This document shows positions 48,305 through 64,000 of a stretch of DNA of 64,000 bases, one piece after another. The DNA is taken from the NCBI RefSeq assembly GCF_009914755.1, contig NC_060938.1; one strand, given 5' to 3'. The stretch is from the human T2T-CHM13v2.0 reference genome, Homo sapiens. The notes below the pieces were generated by a model. The model was not told the origin of the DNA. It saw only the letters and a list, made by a program, of their open reading frames with translations, and did not search any database. Numbering within the stretch: position 1 is the stretch's first letter; each line of letters opens with the position of its first letter. The position numbers and the translations under genes were made by a program.

Positions 48305-48492
48305 ACAGCAGCTAAAATTTATAGAGTACAAATTGGAGCCAAGTGCTTTCCACATGTTAACTCATTTAATTCTTACAACTCTACATCTACATACTATTAT
48401 TATCTCCCACTTTACAAATCAGGAGACCAAGGTAGAGACAAATTAAATGACAAGTCCACAGTCAGACACTTGTAAGAGGGAGAGCCAGGATC
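48305..48492 (-). mobile_element. MIR
   Basis: ttaactcatttaattcttacaac...tttacaaatcaggagaccaagg. Confidence 0.7.
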
Positions 48493-48513
48493 TGCATAGA
48501 AAATGTTAATAAG

Positions 48514-48851
<338 letters not shown>

Positions 48852-48854
48852 TTA

Positions 48855-49140
48855 CATCAAATGTCCAGAATAGGCAAATCCAGAGATACATACATAAAGT
48901 AGATTAGTGATTAAAGTAGATTAGTGATTGCCTGCAGCTGGAGAGAGAAGGTAGCGAGAGGAATGAGGAGTGACTGCTAATGGGCACAGAATTTCATTCT
49001 GAGGTGATAAAAATGTTCTAAAAATAGATTGTGGTGATGGTTATACAACTCTGTGAACATACTAAAAACTAATGAATTGCACACTTTAGATGAGTGAACT
49101 GTATAGTACGTGAATTATGTCTCAATAAAGCTGTTAAAAA
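48855..49140 (+). mobile_element. L1MB-type 3'UTR
   Basis: aatgtccagaataggcaaatcc...ggtgataaaaatgttct...tctcaataaagctgtt. Confidence 0.8.
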
Positions 49141-49260
49141 ATATGGTGGTGACATATATTCAAAACGGAACCATACTCAGCAATAAAAAGTGGAAAAGAC
49201 AGTTAGTTGCCAGTATTAGGGGAAGCAATCTGAGTTCTCTATTTTTGCTACTTTGTCTAA

Positions 49261-49627
<367 letters not shown>

Positions 49628-49790
49628 TGAAGCAGAGGGCACCAGACTTAGAGGCAGGAGGTGCTGCCCGGCCTCCTGACACCCCTAACTTCCCTTCTCG
49701 AAGTCCTGAGGGTGACAAGATTCATCCTGCTCAACACCTCACTTGCCATGAGGACCCCACAGAAGGTGGCATAATGAAAACACTCCCACT

Positions 49791-50115
<325 letters not shown>

Positions 50116-50241
50116 CTATAGGAAGGATAAATATTACCATGTTGAAATTTTATAAAATTTTATAAAAGCAAATCTACCAGTAGAAAACTATCAGAAAAAG
50201 GTGTCTGAAAGCTCATGAAATATAGTAATAGTCAATAACTA

Positions 50242-50375
50242 GGCCGGGTGCAATGGCTTACACTTGTAATCCCAGCACTTTGCGAGGCCAAGGCAGGAAA
50301 ATCACTTGTGCCCAGGAGTTTGAGACCAGCCTGGGCAACATAGCAAGAAACCTCATCTCAGAAACAAAAATACAA
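50242..50375 (+). mobile_element. FLAM/Alu left monomer
   Basis: Left-arm consensus plus A-rich end. Confidence 0.8.
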
Positions 50376-51695
50376 AGACAGAGGACTAGCACATTAATAT
50401 TATGCACTGCACAACCTCTGAAGTTGCACATGGGAACCTTGAAAGATAACCAGTAAAGCAGTGCAATATACAGGAATGGTCCAATGAGCAATACAGACCA
50501 TAAATAAAAAATTACATACTATAAGAGCCAAACAGGGAAAGTTAGCCATTTTTTTTTTAACTACTGTATGTACAGAGGGATTTTGGGAAAGGCATCATCA
50601 GAGTGAGCTAGACTAGACAAAGCTTCTTGGGAAGGCCTCCTCTTGAGCTGAGCCCTAAGGAGACAGAAGACGAATTTCCATCTTAGGAGGAATGAATAGA
50701 GCAAAGGCACTGAGGCCATTGAAGAACGTGGGGTGTGGAGTGACAGGCAGGAACAGGCCTCTATGTAGAGGTTAGAAACAAGCACTATGACACTGCCAAA
50801 GCAATATCCAGTCTGCTCAAAAAGCATTTGAACCACCTGGACTGCATATCCCCCAGGTAAAAGATAGCAAATCAACAACTCCAACCAATTTCTCAGGTGA
50901 TTCCTATGCCCACTGAAGTCTGAAAACAACTGTTCCAGAGCAAAGGAGGTAACATAAGGCAAGCAGTAAGGGCAAAAAACACCACATTTATATCACATGT
51001 TAACACTGCAAGGAAGACAGTTGTTTTAGATGTTCTGTTTCAATACTCCCTACTATTATCCTTCCCCAAAAGCACTTTAATTTACTATATAGTTTAATGA
51101 ATTTCACATCTGAAAATCATTAATAACCTGTCTTCTCTTAGGTATACTGAAACTACCAGAATTGCATGGGGGCCTTGAAAGCCCTTATTTAAGAGGTTCC
51201 GATGGCAAGATGTGAGGAAAACCATTTGGAAAAAATCCCAATCAGTATGCCTCCCTGCCCCAAAATATGCTTTACTAAGAAGGGCAGAACCCTGGTTTTA
51301 AAAGCAAAGCAAACAAAACAAAAACTCTTTCAAGTTCTGATTAAGCATGCAGTCCCAAAATCACACGCCAGTGTCCTCTGAGTGCAAAATTTGAATACAT
51401 CACTTCATTATTCAGAAATGAAATAGATTAAAAGAGCTAGGGAATATGAGAAGTTTTGAATCACTCTCTAAACTACTTCCAAATTTTTCTTCCCAATCAA
51501 GAATCAGGCACAGGTATAGATTATTTCCACCGTAACACCTGAGTAGCCACTTGCCCAAGACCTGTACGTATTGTATAGATTATAAATTTCAAAGTTCCAA
51601 ATACCTCTCACATTTTCTTGGCAAGCAAAACTTTTCTTGGCAATCAAAAAAAAAGCAAAAACAAAAACAAAAAAAACCCACCCAAGAAGTCAATT

Positions 51696-51995
51696 GGCCA
51701 GGCACGGTGGCTCACACCTGTAATCCCAGCACTTTGGGAGGCCAAGGCAGGAGGATCACTTCAGGTCAGGAGTTCAAGACCAGCCTGGCAAACATGGCAA
51801 AACCCCATCTCTACTAAAAATACAAATATTAGCCAGGCGTGGTGGCTCACGCCTATAGTCCCAGCTACTTGGGAGGCTGAGGCAGGAAAATGGCTTGAAC
51901 CTAGGAGGCGGAGGTTGCAGTGAGCTGAGATCTCACCACTGTACTCCAGCCTCGGCGACAGAGTGAGACTCCACCTCAAAAAAAGAGGAAAAAGA
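51696..51995 (+). mobile_element. AluS
   Basis: TSD aagaagtcaat. Confidence 0.9.
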
Positions 51996-52448
51996 AGTCA
52001 ATCAAGTACTGCTTGAGAAACTATTTACTCATCGTATTAGATGTTTGGGGGAATGAGATACAAAAAACAAGGCTTACAGTCTAACTGGGGAGAGAAAACC
52101 TATACCCATGAAAAGCAATGGCCTGTAGAATGCAAGTGCCTTACACGTCTTAGTCACCCTTTACCCCCAGGGCATAGCATAAAATATGTGTTCAGTAAAC
52201 ACTGTTAAAAAAAAAATGCTGTCTTGGTCATCTTTGTCACTCCAGCATCTAGCCAAGTTCCTAATGCAATGTTTGCTGAATGAATGAATGATACCATGCT
52301 GTTCACATAAATATGTCTTGCATGACTTAGGTTAAGAAGATGGGGATCATTAAGGACTAAAGTAATCAAGAAAGATTTCATTGGGAAGACAAAGTTTTGA
52401 GTTATGAAATCTTAGAGCTGAAAGAAATCTTAAAGTATTACTAAGACC

Positions 52449-52697
52449 GGCCGGGCGTGGTGGCTCATGTCTGTAATCCCAGTACTTTGGGAGGCCGAGA
52501 CAGGCGGATCATTTGAGGTCAGGAGTTCCAGACCAGCCTGGCCAACATGGTGAAACCCTGCCTCTACTAAAAATACAAAAATTAGCCGGACATGTTTGCT
52601 TGAACCCCAGCAGCCGAGGCTGCAATGACCCAAGATCATGCCACTGCACTCCAGCCTGGAGGAAAGAGTGAGACTCTGTCAAATAAATAAATAAATA
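52449..52697 (+). mobile_element. AluS with deletion at the start of the right arm
   Basis: agccggacatg|tttgcttgaacc; TSD tactaagacc. Confidence 0.88.
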
Positions 52698-53429
52698 CTA
52701 AGACCATCTAATCTGGTAGCTCCAAAAGAAGTTTCCAAAGATGCCAAAAGCAGCTTTACACCTCTAAGGTTAAGAAGATAATTAACCTTGGTAATGACCA
52801 CTTTAAAATTGAAGAAATCCCATAAACACCATGGTCATTACGATACATTAATAATGACAACCTGCTCACACACTGAACACTTCGCCATTCACTCTGCTCT
52901 CCCCACCCCTTCTCCACACTAAGAAGCCCATGCAAGGAGGCTGAGTTCTTCAAGCTCGTCTGCCTCCAAGCAGTCCTTGATAAAGTATGGACTGCAAGCT
53001 GGAGAATCACAGCCTTCTGCACACACTCTACAATCTGAATCTAAGCTGGTTCATAAAAATTGAAGACCAACAATCTGGACCAGCTGCATCCCCTCTCACT
53101 TGACAGAGTTCCACAGAGAAATCCATGCATTCATTCAGGCAACATTCAGTGACCGTCACATACTACCCTATTACCCACACCAGAAACTCAGTTAGGAACA
53201 TAGTAGACACAGCACCTGCCTCCCAAGGTATCACTGGGTGAGGGAGAAAATACTACAAATAAATTACAAAGCAATGTGGGGAGTATTATAATCAATATGA
53301 AAAAATATATACACCCTAGGTATCCAAGAGACAAAATCACAACGTTGTGTAAAGTCAGGCAAGGCTTTCAATAAAAGGTAGTGTTTCTTTCATTCATTCT
53401 TTGACAAATATTTTCTGAGCATGTAAATA

Positions 53430-54402
<973 letters not shown>

Positions 54403-54406
54403 ATCT

Positions 54407-54478
54407 GGCCTCAAGTGATCCCCTACCTCAGCCTCCCAAAGTGCTGAGGTTACAGGTGTGAGCCACGGTGCCCAGCCT
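54407..54478 (-). mobile_element. Alu 5' fragment abutting the L1 end
   Basis: ggcctcaagtgatcccctacctcagcctcccaaagtgctgaggttacagg. Confidence 0.75.
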
Positions 54479-54920
54479 GGGACAAGAGTATTAAATGCAC
54501 CCATTACCTCCTATCCCAGGCCACTGCTGCAGGGGGCACAAGGGAGGATCTCAGTAGCCTGGGTAAGTAGTGAGCACTAAAGGACCATCAGTGGGCCTTC
54601 AAAAACTCACAAGTTGCCTTACAGAAAGGATATGGGGCCTTAAAGGCCTAGAAGCAGCAGTGAGGGAATACCAACTGCCTACCTGCTGTGAGTACAAGGC
54701 CCCTTCTAAAGACCTCTCTCTTTCCTGGCATCCAACTACCATAACTGTTAATTACCTTGCTCCTGGATTAATCTCAGAAGGGCAGTGTGGGTTCCTTTTA
54801 GAAGCCATGAGATAAACATGGCACTTCTCCCTTGGTACGATTAACTTTACTAAAAATACCAGCGTTTAGAACGAAAAGAAACAAATAGATTATGAAATGC
54901 AAAAATCTCTGAATTTTTAA

Positions 54921-55274
<354 letters not shown>

Positions 55275-55854
55275 CCAGCAAGGGTAATTCTCTTATGCCT
55301 AGGGGCACTTGATTAGATAAGTTTGAGAAGCCTGACCCTAGGGATTTATCATAAACCCACAGAACTCTTTTCTTCCGGAGCCTCAGTTTGTATGAGTCCC
55401 CTTTGTAGAGATCCAGCTTGAGTGGCACCTAATGCCTTTGGGATCCAATGTAATAGCCTGATCCAAGCCCATAAACCCTCACTCCACCCTCCTTCCCACC
55501 CCCACACACACTTCTACACACACGAGTGTTCTCTTCCAGCCCCTGCAGCTCTCAGGCCTTCATTACCAAGTGTGTGCTCTTCCCTCCTCGCACACCTCAC
55601 ACACCTCTTTGGAGCCACTATGCACACAAATGCTTTCCTCTCTAAACCACGCGGCTCACTTGTTTACCCCAATGCTATGGCAACCCCCTCCCTCTGCCTG
55701 TCACTCTTTGTTCTGTCACTCTCACAAAACAACTGCATATATTCGCTAGTTTCATAGGGACCACAATGGCACATAAAACTGTGTCCTGGGTGCCCATTTA
55801 AGCCCTTCTGGTATCATTTTCCTGAATTCTTCAGAAAATATGCCTTCTATATAT

Positions 55855-56080
55855 ATTAGCTAACATTTCCTGAGCATCTACAATAAGCCTTTTCCATATA
55901 TCACTGCATTGAATCCTTACAACTCTAAGGTATGAGCCCTCTCAATATTCCCCTTTTTACCACCAAGGAAACTGAGGCATAGAGAGATTAAATAACTTAA
56001 TCTAAGATCACTCCAACAGTAAATGGCAAAACTGGACTGAAGTCCTAGCTTGTCTTCCCCAAAAGGGGATGTTCTTAACC
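55855..56080 (-). mobile_element. MIR
   Basis: aggaaactgaggcatagagagattaaataactt...aagatcac. Confidence 0.75.
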
Positions 56081-56663
56081 CTTCCTCTCGTAAGAAGCCA
56101 GAGTCCAGAAGAGACCCACAATCCTGACTGTCATTATCAGCACCCTCTTTCCACTAAATATTTAAAGCTCTCTCTTGCTTTGCTTTCCAGCTTTCTAATT
56201 CAACCAGCTTTGGGGCAGCAAAACATAAATTTCCACTTCTGGAATGGGAGACATCTCCAGTGAAAGTTACCTTAAGGTCCAGAAGAAGCCAGGCAGAGAA
56301 ATCACATGTCTCAGCTTTTCCACTGCAAAATTTCTATTTTATACTTGAAGAATATGATTCTAATCAAGTACAAGTTAATCTGCACCTGAACATCTTCAGG
56401 TCCATTAATATAAAATCAGTAACTTTTTCAAATCAAAGGTTTCAAGAAATTAGATTTATCTGGTTCTTTAGCCTTCAAAGTCTGAGTCAAATAACTCTTA
56501 CACAGACTTTGCTGCTTAAAATCCTTCACTTCTTCTCTAGGCCTGTGTAGACTGCAAATATTTCCATTACAGTTGCTTTTGGGACTCATACCCCAGTTGT
56601 ATCTTAGTCTATGACATGCGCTATAATTTAAAAATCATAGAATTACCTTTATTTTAAAATATC

Positions 56664-56973
56664 CTTTTTTTTTTTTTTTTTTTTTTTTTGAAACAGGGTC
56701 TTGCTCTATCACCCAGGCTGGAGTGCAGTGGCGCGATCTCAGCTCACTGCAACTTCTGCCTCCAGGTTCAAGCGATTCTCGTGCCTTGGCCTCCCAAGTA
56801 GCTGGGATTACAGATACGCACCACCACACCCAGCTAATTTTTGTATTTTTAGTAGAGAAGGGGTTTTGCCATGTTGGCCAGGCTGGTTTCGAACTCCTGA
56901 CCTCAAGTGATCCACCCGCCTTGGCCTCCCAAAGTGCTGGGATTACAGGCCTCGTGAGTCGCTGTGCCAGGCC
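56664..56973 (-). mobile_element. AluSx/Sz-like
   Basis: Reverse dimer with long T-run. Confidence 0.9.
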
Positions 56974-57724
56974 TAATTTTAAATATTCTGTGCATCAGAT
57001 ATTTCACTAAACCAGACTGCCCCTCCTCCTACTCATTCTCATCTCATCTCATTATTCCAAATGTTAGAGGTTTGACTATATGTTACAAACACACACCTGC
57101 AAATGGAGTCAATGCCTGTGGACTAACAGAACCCATATTCAAAGCCTGAGAATCAGCTATGGGAAAGCCATCTGAGAGACAAATTATACTTGAAGGACAG
57201 CAACTCTATCCCTGAGTTAGCTAACGCTCAGCAGAAGTCTGGCCCACTGGGACCTAAGCAATTTGGTACGTAGATCTGAGTATAATAAGGTTTGGGAGCT
57301 TGCAGGAATTTCAAGAGTACACAAAGAAGGCATCAACACCACTACCTGAGCATCCATGCCTAAGTAAAAAGTGTTTGCTCCATGTGCCACCCTCTTCAAA
57401 AAAACAAACATATGAATACTCATATTTATGTAAACCATAAGCATACAATGATTATATATTTAAATCCATGAAGATGGGTATTTATAAAGAAAAATGACCA
57501 TAAAGTCATCAAATTAAAATTCTGTTGGCAAAAAGGGATAGGATGAAACTTTCCTTAAATATCACAACACCGGTCCAGCTGAGCATCAACGAATAGGAGA
57601 AAACCAGCTGCCTCCAGCCCAACAACAATGGGACACAGACCTCACCTCACTTCTAGGGAAGAGCCACCACTAAGACCAGGTGATGAATGTCACTGGACAG
57701 TGATTCTGCTGAGGCTTAGGTGGC

Positions 57725-58400
57725 ATACACCCTGCACCAGGCACTGTTCTAGGCACTGGGGATAAACAGCAAACAAAATACTCAAGGTCACTGCCCTCAT
57801 GGAGCATGCAGTCTAACTGAAGGGGATAGAAAATAAACAACTGTCAAGTGGTGATAAGTGCTAAGGAATAAAATACAGCAAGCCAGAGACTGGTAAGCAA
57901 GAATGTTATTTTATGTAGTGTATCATTGACAGCCTCTCTGAGAAGGTGACATATAAACAGAGACCTTAAAGAAGTAAAGAAAGGAGACACGCTGAGTATC
58001 CGGTAGAGAAAACCACAAATGCAAAGCCCTACGGCCTGTTAGTGTGTTTGAGAAACAGCAAGGAGGGAGTGTGGCTAAAAGCAGTGAGTTAAGATGAGGT
58101 CAAAGAAAGAGCCACATCATGTAAAGTTTTGTAACCTCAGAAAGTAATCTAAATTTTATTCTGAATGAAATGAGAAGCCAGTGGAAGGTTTTGAACAGAG
58201 GAGTGACATAATCCGACTTCTGTTTTTAAAAGCTTGCTCTGGCTGCTGTGTAGAACACACGTGAAAAGGTGGAAGCAGCAGGGAACCTGTTGGGAGGCAA
58301 AAGATGATAGTGGTTTGGACTAGGAAGTAGCAAAGGAGGCAGAGAAGATAGTGAGAAGTGGTTGGATTCTAGACATATTTCAAAATAAAGACAGTATCCA
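57725..58400 (-). mobile_element. L2
   Basis: ccaggcactgttctaggcactgggga...ctgccctcatggagc...gaaggtgacat...ggattctagacatatt. Confidence 0.75.
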
Positions 58401-58429
58401 TTGAACCAAGGTGAGAAGTCCCAAGTACA

Positions 58430-58972
58430 TTTATGGCAGATTGCAGAAATGGCCACAAATTCTTTCCCTCCTTGTGTTCATGCCACTGCAGTATAATTTT
58501 ATAGCTCCTCCCACAAAGAGGTAGTCTTTCTCCATCCTTGGAATTTTAGCTGGACTTGTAACTCACTTTGGCCAATGGGACAATAGCAAACATGATGCAG
58601 AGATTTCAAAAGTTGTTAAGCATTTGCATTTGCCCTCTCTTACTGCTTTAGAGAACCCCAGAAGCCACCAAGTGGAGAACCCCAGGCTTTAGAGAACCCC
58701 ACAAGCCACCATGTGGAGAAGCCCAGGCTAACCTGCTGGATGATGAGACTCACAAAGCCCAGGCATCCCTGTAGCCCTTGCCAACCGTCATGTATGTGAG
58801 TGAGACTATCCATCTGACGGGATGTTCATGAGTGAGCTCAGAGGAGAAGAGAACCATCACATAGCTGAGCCCAGCTTAAATTGCCAAACCACAAAATGGT
58901 GAACTAAATAAATGCCTGTTGTTTTAAGCCACCAAGTTTTGGAGTGGTTTGTTGAGCAGCAAAAGCTGATTC
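58430..58972 (+). mobile_element. MLT1 (ERVL-MaLR) solo LTR
   Basis: aatggccacaaattc...gctggacttgtaactcactttggccaat...ttgttttaagccaccaagttttggagtggtttgt. Confidence 0.8.
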
Positions 58973-59193
58973 AAAATCTATTTATCCCCCAAATCGAATG
59001 CAAGCCACCTAACAGCATTATATAAAAGGCAAAATTTCAATTCTAAAGTAAACTGACATAGAATGGGTATGGTGTTGATGAGCTGATTAGAAAAGGAAAG
59101 AGCACAAGTCATAAATCACCGTGTAGCTCATTAAAATGTAGTATGATAGAGAGCTGAGTTCTCTGTGCAAAAAATTACCAAGATAAGAATCTC

Positions 59194-59472
59194 AGCTGGG
59201 TGTGATGGCTCACGTCTGTAATCCCAGCACTTTGGGAGGCCGAGGTGAGTGGATCACATGAGGTTAGGAGTTTGAGACCAGCCTGGCCAACATGGTGAAA
59301 CCCCATCTCTACTAAGATACAAAAAATTAGCCGGGCGTGGTGGTGCACCCCTGTAATCCCAGCTAGTCAGGAGGCTGAGGCAGAAGAATCACCTGAACCT
59401 GGAAGGCAGAGGTTGCAGTGAGCTGAGATTGTGCCACTGCACTCCAGCCTGGACGACAGAGCGAGACTCTGC

Positions 59473-59503
<31 letters not shown>
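59194..59503 (+). mobile_element. AluS
   Basis: TSD aagaatctcag; long A-tail. Confidence 0.9.
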
Positions 59504-62174
59504 GAATCTCAGAACACTGAAAATAAAAGATTTCACACCAATACAATGTATCTTTTCAATGTCCCACACACCATTTTTGAAAATTACTAAGTACTTTACC
59601 CTCTTGCCAAACATCAAAAATAATATGCTCTTTCAAGATCATCTAGATAGAGGAACAGTTACGCTCTTTCCTTATAGAAAAGAAACCAAGCTGCACTTCT
59701 CTTCCTTAGCAGATACAGATAGATGGGTAGAGATAGATGATGGGTGGATGGAAGGATAGAAGGACAAACATACATACCACAAATAATACTTAAGAGTAAA
59801 AGCATTTATGCTGTATTGAAAGTCTCTGGTAGACTCTGTAAGTGATCATACAAAGGCTTAATGTGATGATCACCAATGTTTATAGATATCATTTTTCTTC
59901 TCAGTAGTTGTTACTTTCTATTAATTGGAAAGGCAGATTTGAGACACATAACTACCCTTCTGTTTTTAATTAATTTTTTTAATGTTAAGATAGAAAGTGA
60001 AAACTTCCACTCCTATTCCCCAAAGATGACCAGTGTTAAGTTTCCTCGTATCTCCTTCTAGGCCATTTCTCTTTTCCAAATTACTTGTTGTTACTTATAA
60101 TAACTAATGTAATATAAAAAATAAAAAATTTTTTAAAACAAAGTTAATTGTCACATACTGTAATTTTGAAAACTAAAACATATCTTCCAAGCTACCTCTA
60201 TAAATTAAGTAGAATCCTCCCTACCTATAAATGTTCTGTCACAAGCTTTCCAAACTCTGTAAAAACCTAACATTAGTATTATATATTGAGTTTTAAACAA
60301 CTAGTATGAAGATGGCTTGATTTCTGAAACATCTCATCACCTATCACCAAAGAGAACCAACAGCAGCAGTGGAAAACCCCATTCTCCACCCCCCTACCCC
60401 CCACCAAGAAAACAACAACAACAACAACCAAAAAACCCCAGCTATTTAATGGCTGGGGGGGAAAAATTACCTTTTTTGGAACTGAAATAGAAACTGTTTG
60501 GATGGTTAAATGAAACCACTCACTAGAGTTTATAGGCCTAGTTTATACTTGACATGTGGAAATGAGTCTTCAGGAAGAAAGAAAATTCCTGAAGATGGAT
60601 ACTGATTATCTCTGTTTCTGAAGATACACTCACCAAAGAAAGGCCCCTCAGGATCATGCACTGGTGTATTCAAAATACACACTGCATCGCCCTCAAGTAA
60701 AAAGGACAAGGATAGACTAAGTCTTATCAAATTATGCCCAGCAAAATGAAGAACTTGGAAAATGAGGTTCCGGTAAAAGAAAATCTCCCCTCAAATACTG
60801 TACAATCTTTCAAAAATATGAACCACTCACTAAGTGTGCTTCTCATGTTACATAAAACTTTGGAAAACCACATCAAATCCTGTTACCTCTTAATTATACA
60901 CACTAATGAAGGGATAAAAACATGGAGAACCTAAAATTCACTTCCTGCATATTAAAAACAAATGAACAGATTGTAGAGCTTGGGAGGCAGGGGATAGAGG
61001 TGGGGAGGGGTTCCTGCAACAACAAACAGAAATTTTCCTTTCTAATTGTTTACTTAAAGTTAGAATTAAAATAAGCTTTTTATATTTCCTGAACACACAT
61101 CAAACAAAAATAAAGAGAGCCTGGGTGTCCATCTGAGTGGAAGGGAAACTACACAGAAGACCAGAGGAGAAACTTATATAGCGCTCATCTTTCATTAATT
61201 GTGATGAGCCAGAACTGGGGCCTCTGAGCTGATATGAATCCCTATAAGGCAAGAGGGGCCAGGGTAAGAGAAAGGACTAGAATATCACACTCTCTCCCGC
61301 AGCTCACTCTTCCACTTGCACATCCCCCAGACACAAAGGTACTATGCTCTTTAGGTCCTGGGCTCCAGCCCAATGTTTTCTACGGCATATTTCAAGGAGA
61401 GCTGCAAAGTGTCAGGTTAATGCCAGCAGCAATTCTTGTGAACCAGCAAATGTCTGTCCAGTCTAAGCCCCAGATATGACAGGAAACTGAGTTTGTTTTA
61501 TTGTCAAGACTGCACCAAAAGTCACTTAATGTTTGTATACTATTTCCGCTCTCCAAATCTAATCAAATAAATACTACCCAATAAATTTAGACCCCACTAA
61601 ATCTTTATATCTGAATATCATATTTATTCATTCAATAAACACTTATTCCACACCTCCTACATGCCAGACACTGCCAGCTCTCAGTCACAACTGAAAAGAT
61701 TGATAATAAAACCAGAAAAGGAACCTTATGCCCAGAGTCTTTCAAAGCATTTGGCCACCTTTGATACTCATGGGTCTTTCACAGACTATGCTCTGTCCAA
61801 AGCAACACCTTTCCTGCTAACCAGAGCAAGCCATAATCATAAATCTCTACCTTTAAAACTATGTTTATTATACTACATTACACAAAAACTCTCTTCATTA
61901 AAAAAAAAAGAGAGAGAGAGACTCTCTAGAAGAATATTTAAGATGCAAACCAGAAAAGAAAAAGTAATGAGTAAGAAGCGATACTATAGTAAGAATCAGC
62001 ACTGTTTTAAATACACAAAGAATTCCTTTCCTGCCTGAAAGGAGGGTTTCCCTCAGCAGGTACTCTAAGCAGCGAAGATGAGAGGGGGCACTATCCTAGA
62101 CAGCAAGAATACAATCGTAAATGGACATGGAATATTGACCATTTCCCTGACCTCAAAGATGGAAATATCATGAC

Positions 62175-62400
62175 AACTGTCAATTACCAAGCGCCTATCA
62201 TGTGTTAGCTGCTACTCTAGGCATTTCACATATATCACCTCTAAAATGAATCCTGCAAGGTAGACGATATTATCACCACTTTACAGACAAGCAAACAGAG
62301 GCTGTGAGGTCATCTGTCCAAAGTCACTCAGCTCACAAGGAAAATTCACTAAAATTCTAAGATTTCTGCCTAGCTCCCAAACCTATCCCTCTTTTCATAA
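62175..62400 (-). mobile_element. MIR
   Basis: cctgcaaggtagacgatattatcaccactttacagacaagcaaacagaggct. Confidence 0.7.
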
Positions 62401-62933
62401 CTCTACCCTGCTGAACATGCAATATCTCTGTGTCTTTATCTTCAGTCTCCCTAGCTTCCCATGTCACTTCTGTATTTCTGACCTGGCCATACCTCCGTAC
62501 AACCCTAAGCAAGCCCACCTGCAAAACTACTTAGAGAGGGGAAAAAAGAAGAAAAAAATAAATGTCAAAAATGTTAACAGATGGGAGAAAATAAACAACT
62601 ATACGGGACACTATCTCAAGCTTCAATAAAGTTGAAGTCAAACAGTATACACAACTGAAATACCCTCCTCTGATTGAAGCTTTCGCTTCAGAGTCTTTGA
62701 GAATTATTCAAATTATTTAGAATAAAAAGTAAGAACTCGAGGTAGAATAGAAACTTCAGCATCTACCAAGTCAAGAAGATAACTTGGAAAACAATTCTGA
62801 CTGACATTCCAATTTAATCACACTTAATGAATTCTGCACTGTCAGTGATTTCTTGGAGCCTTGGTTTCCCTCATTATATACCTACTTCAAATACACATAA
62901 TGTTGTTTTTGTGAACATTATCATTCACAGACA

Positions 62934-63547
<614 letters not shown>

Positions 63548-64000
63548 TAGCCACTTATTTTATTTAAATTACTTATGAAAGGAAAATTCCACAAGGGTGA
63601 ATACATTTTCTTATCTCAACAGAAACTGAAGACATGTCAATGACGACCCTCATTATCTTGAGAAAAGAATGAGAAATGAGTGTTTTGGACACTGTAATAA
63701 CCACAACTTCCCATGAGGAAGAAAAAGAAAAAAATCTAAGAATAAAGACTAAATATAGGTTTCATTGCTAATCAAAATTGCATGCGTGCAACAAATCCAT
63801 AATTTCAGTTCATAAAAATAGCTTTAAGTAAAAGTTCACAGATGAAGAAAAAATGTTTAACACAACATGAAATTCATATTCTAAGCCACCTGCTGCAAAG
63901 ATACTTTCACAAAACTCCTAGCAACTTCTTTGGATCTTGTTTAGAAGACTTTTAGATGCTCCCACTGAATGAAAGGTGTTAGGTTAATAGCGATTTCCTA

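Noticed and set aside
52766-52860. H/ACA snoRNA interpretation of the double hairpin
   Set aside because: The hairpins are too short and have no ANANNA hinge between them

Overview
Primate (almost certainly human) genomic DNA. The only protein-coding sequence I can support is one 197-bp internal exon on the minus strand (1280->1084). It encodes [66 protein letters not shown], which I recognise as the start of the B56 domain of the PP2A regulatory subunit B56-epsilon (PPP2R5E). Positions 1281-64000 belong to the very large preceding intron. It is packed with about 50 Alu elements or fragments, MIR, L2, old L1, an MLT1 LTR, hAT/mariner fossils (MER33, MER20, MADE2) and a 3'-truncated U6 snRNA retrocopy. 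The other ORFs in the track are repeat-derived or look like chance ORFs. I found no evidence for a new multi-gene system. The best leads are non-coding: an inverted pair of AP-1/ARE-like motifs, near-zero-spacer inverted Alu pairs (one sharing a single target site), an antisense U6 retrocopy, a CpG-intact Z-DNA/G-run tract inside MER20, UG repeats beside a putative cryptic exon, and an in-frame internal Met in the exon. Repeat boundaries and subfamily calls were made by eye and are approximate.
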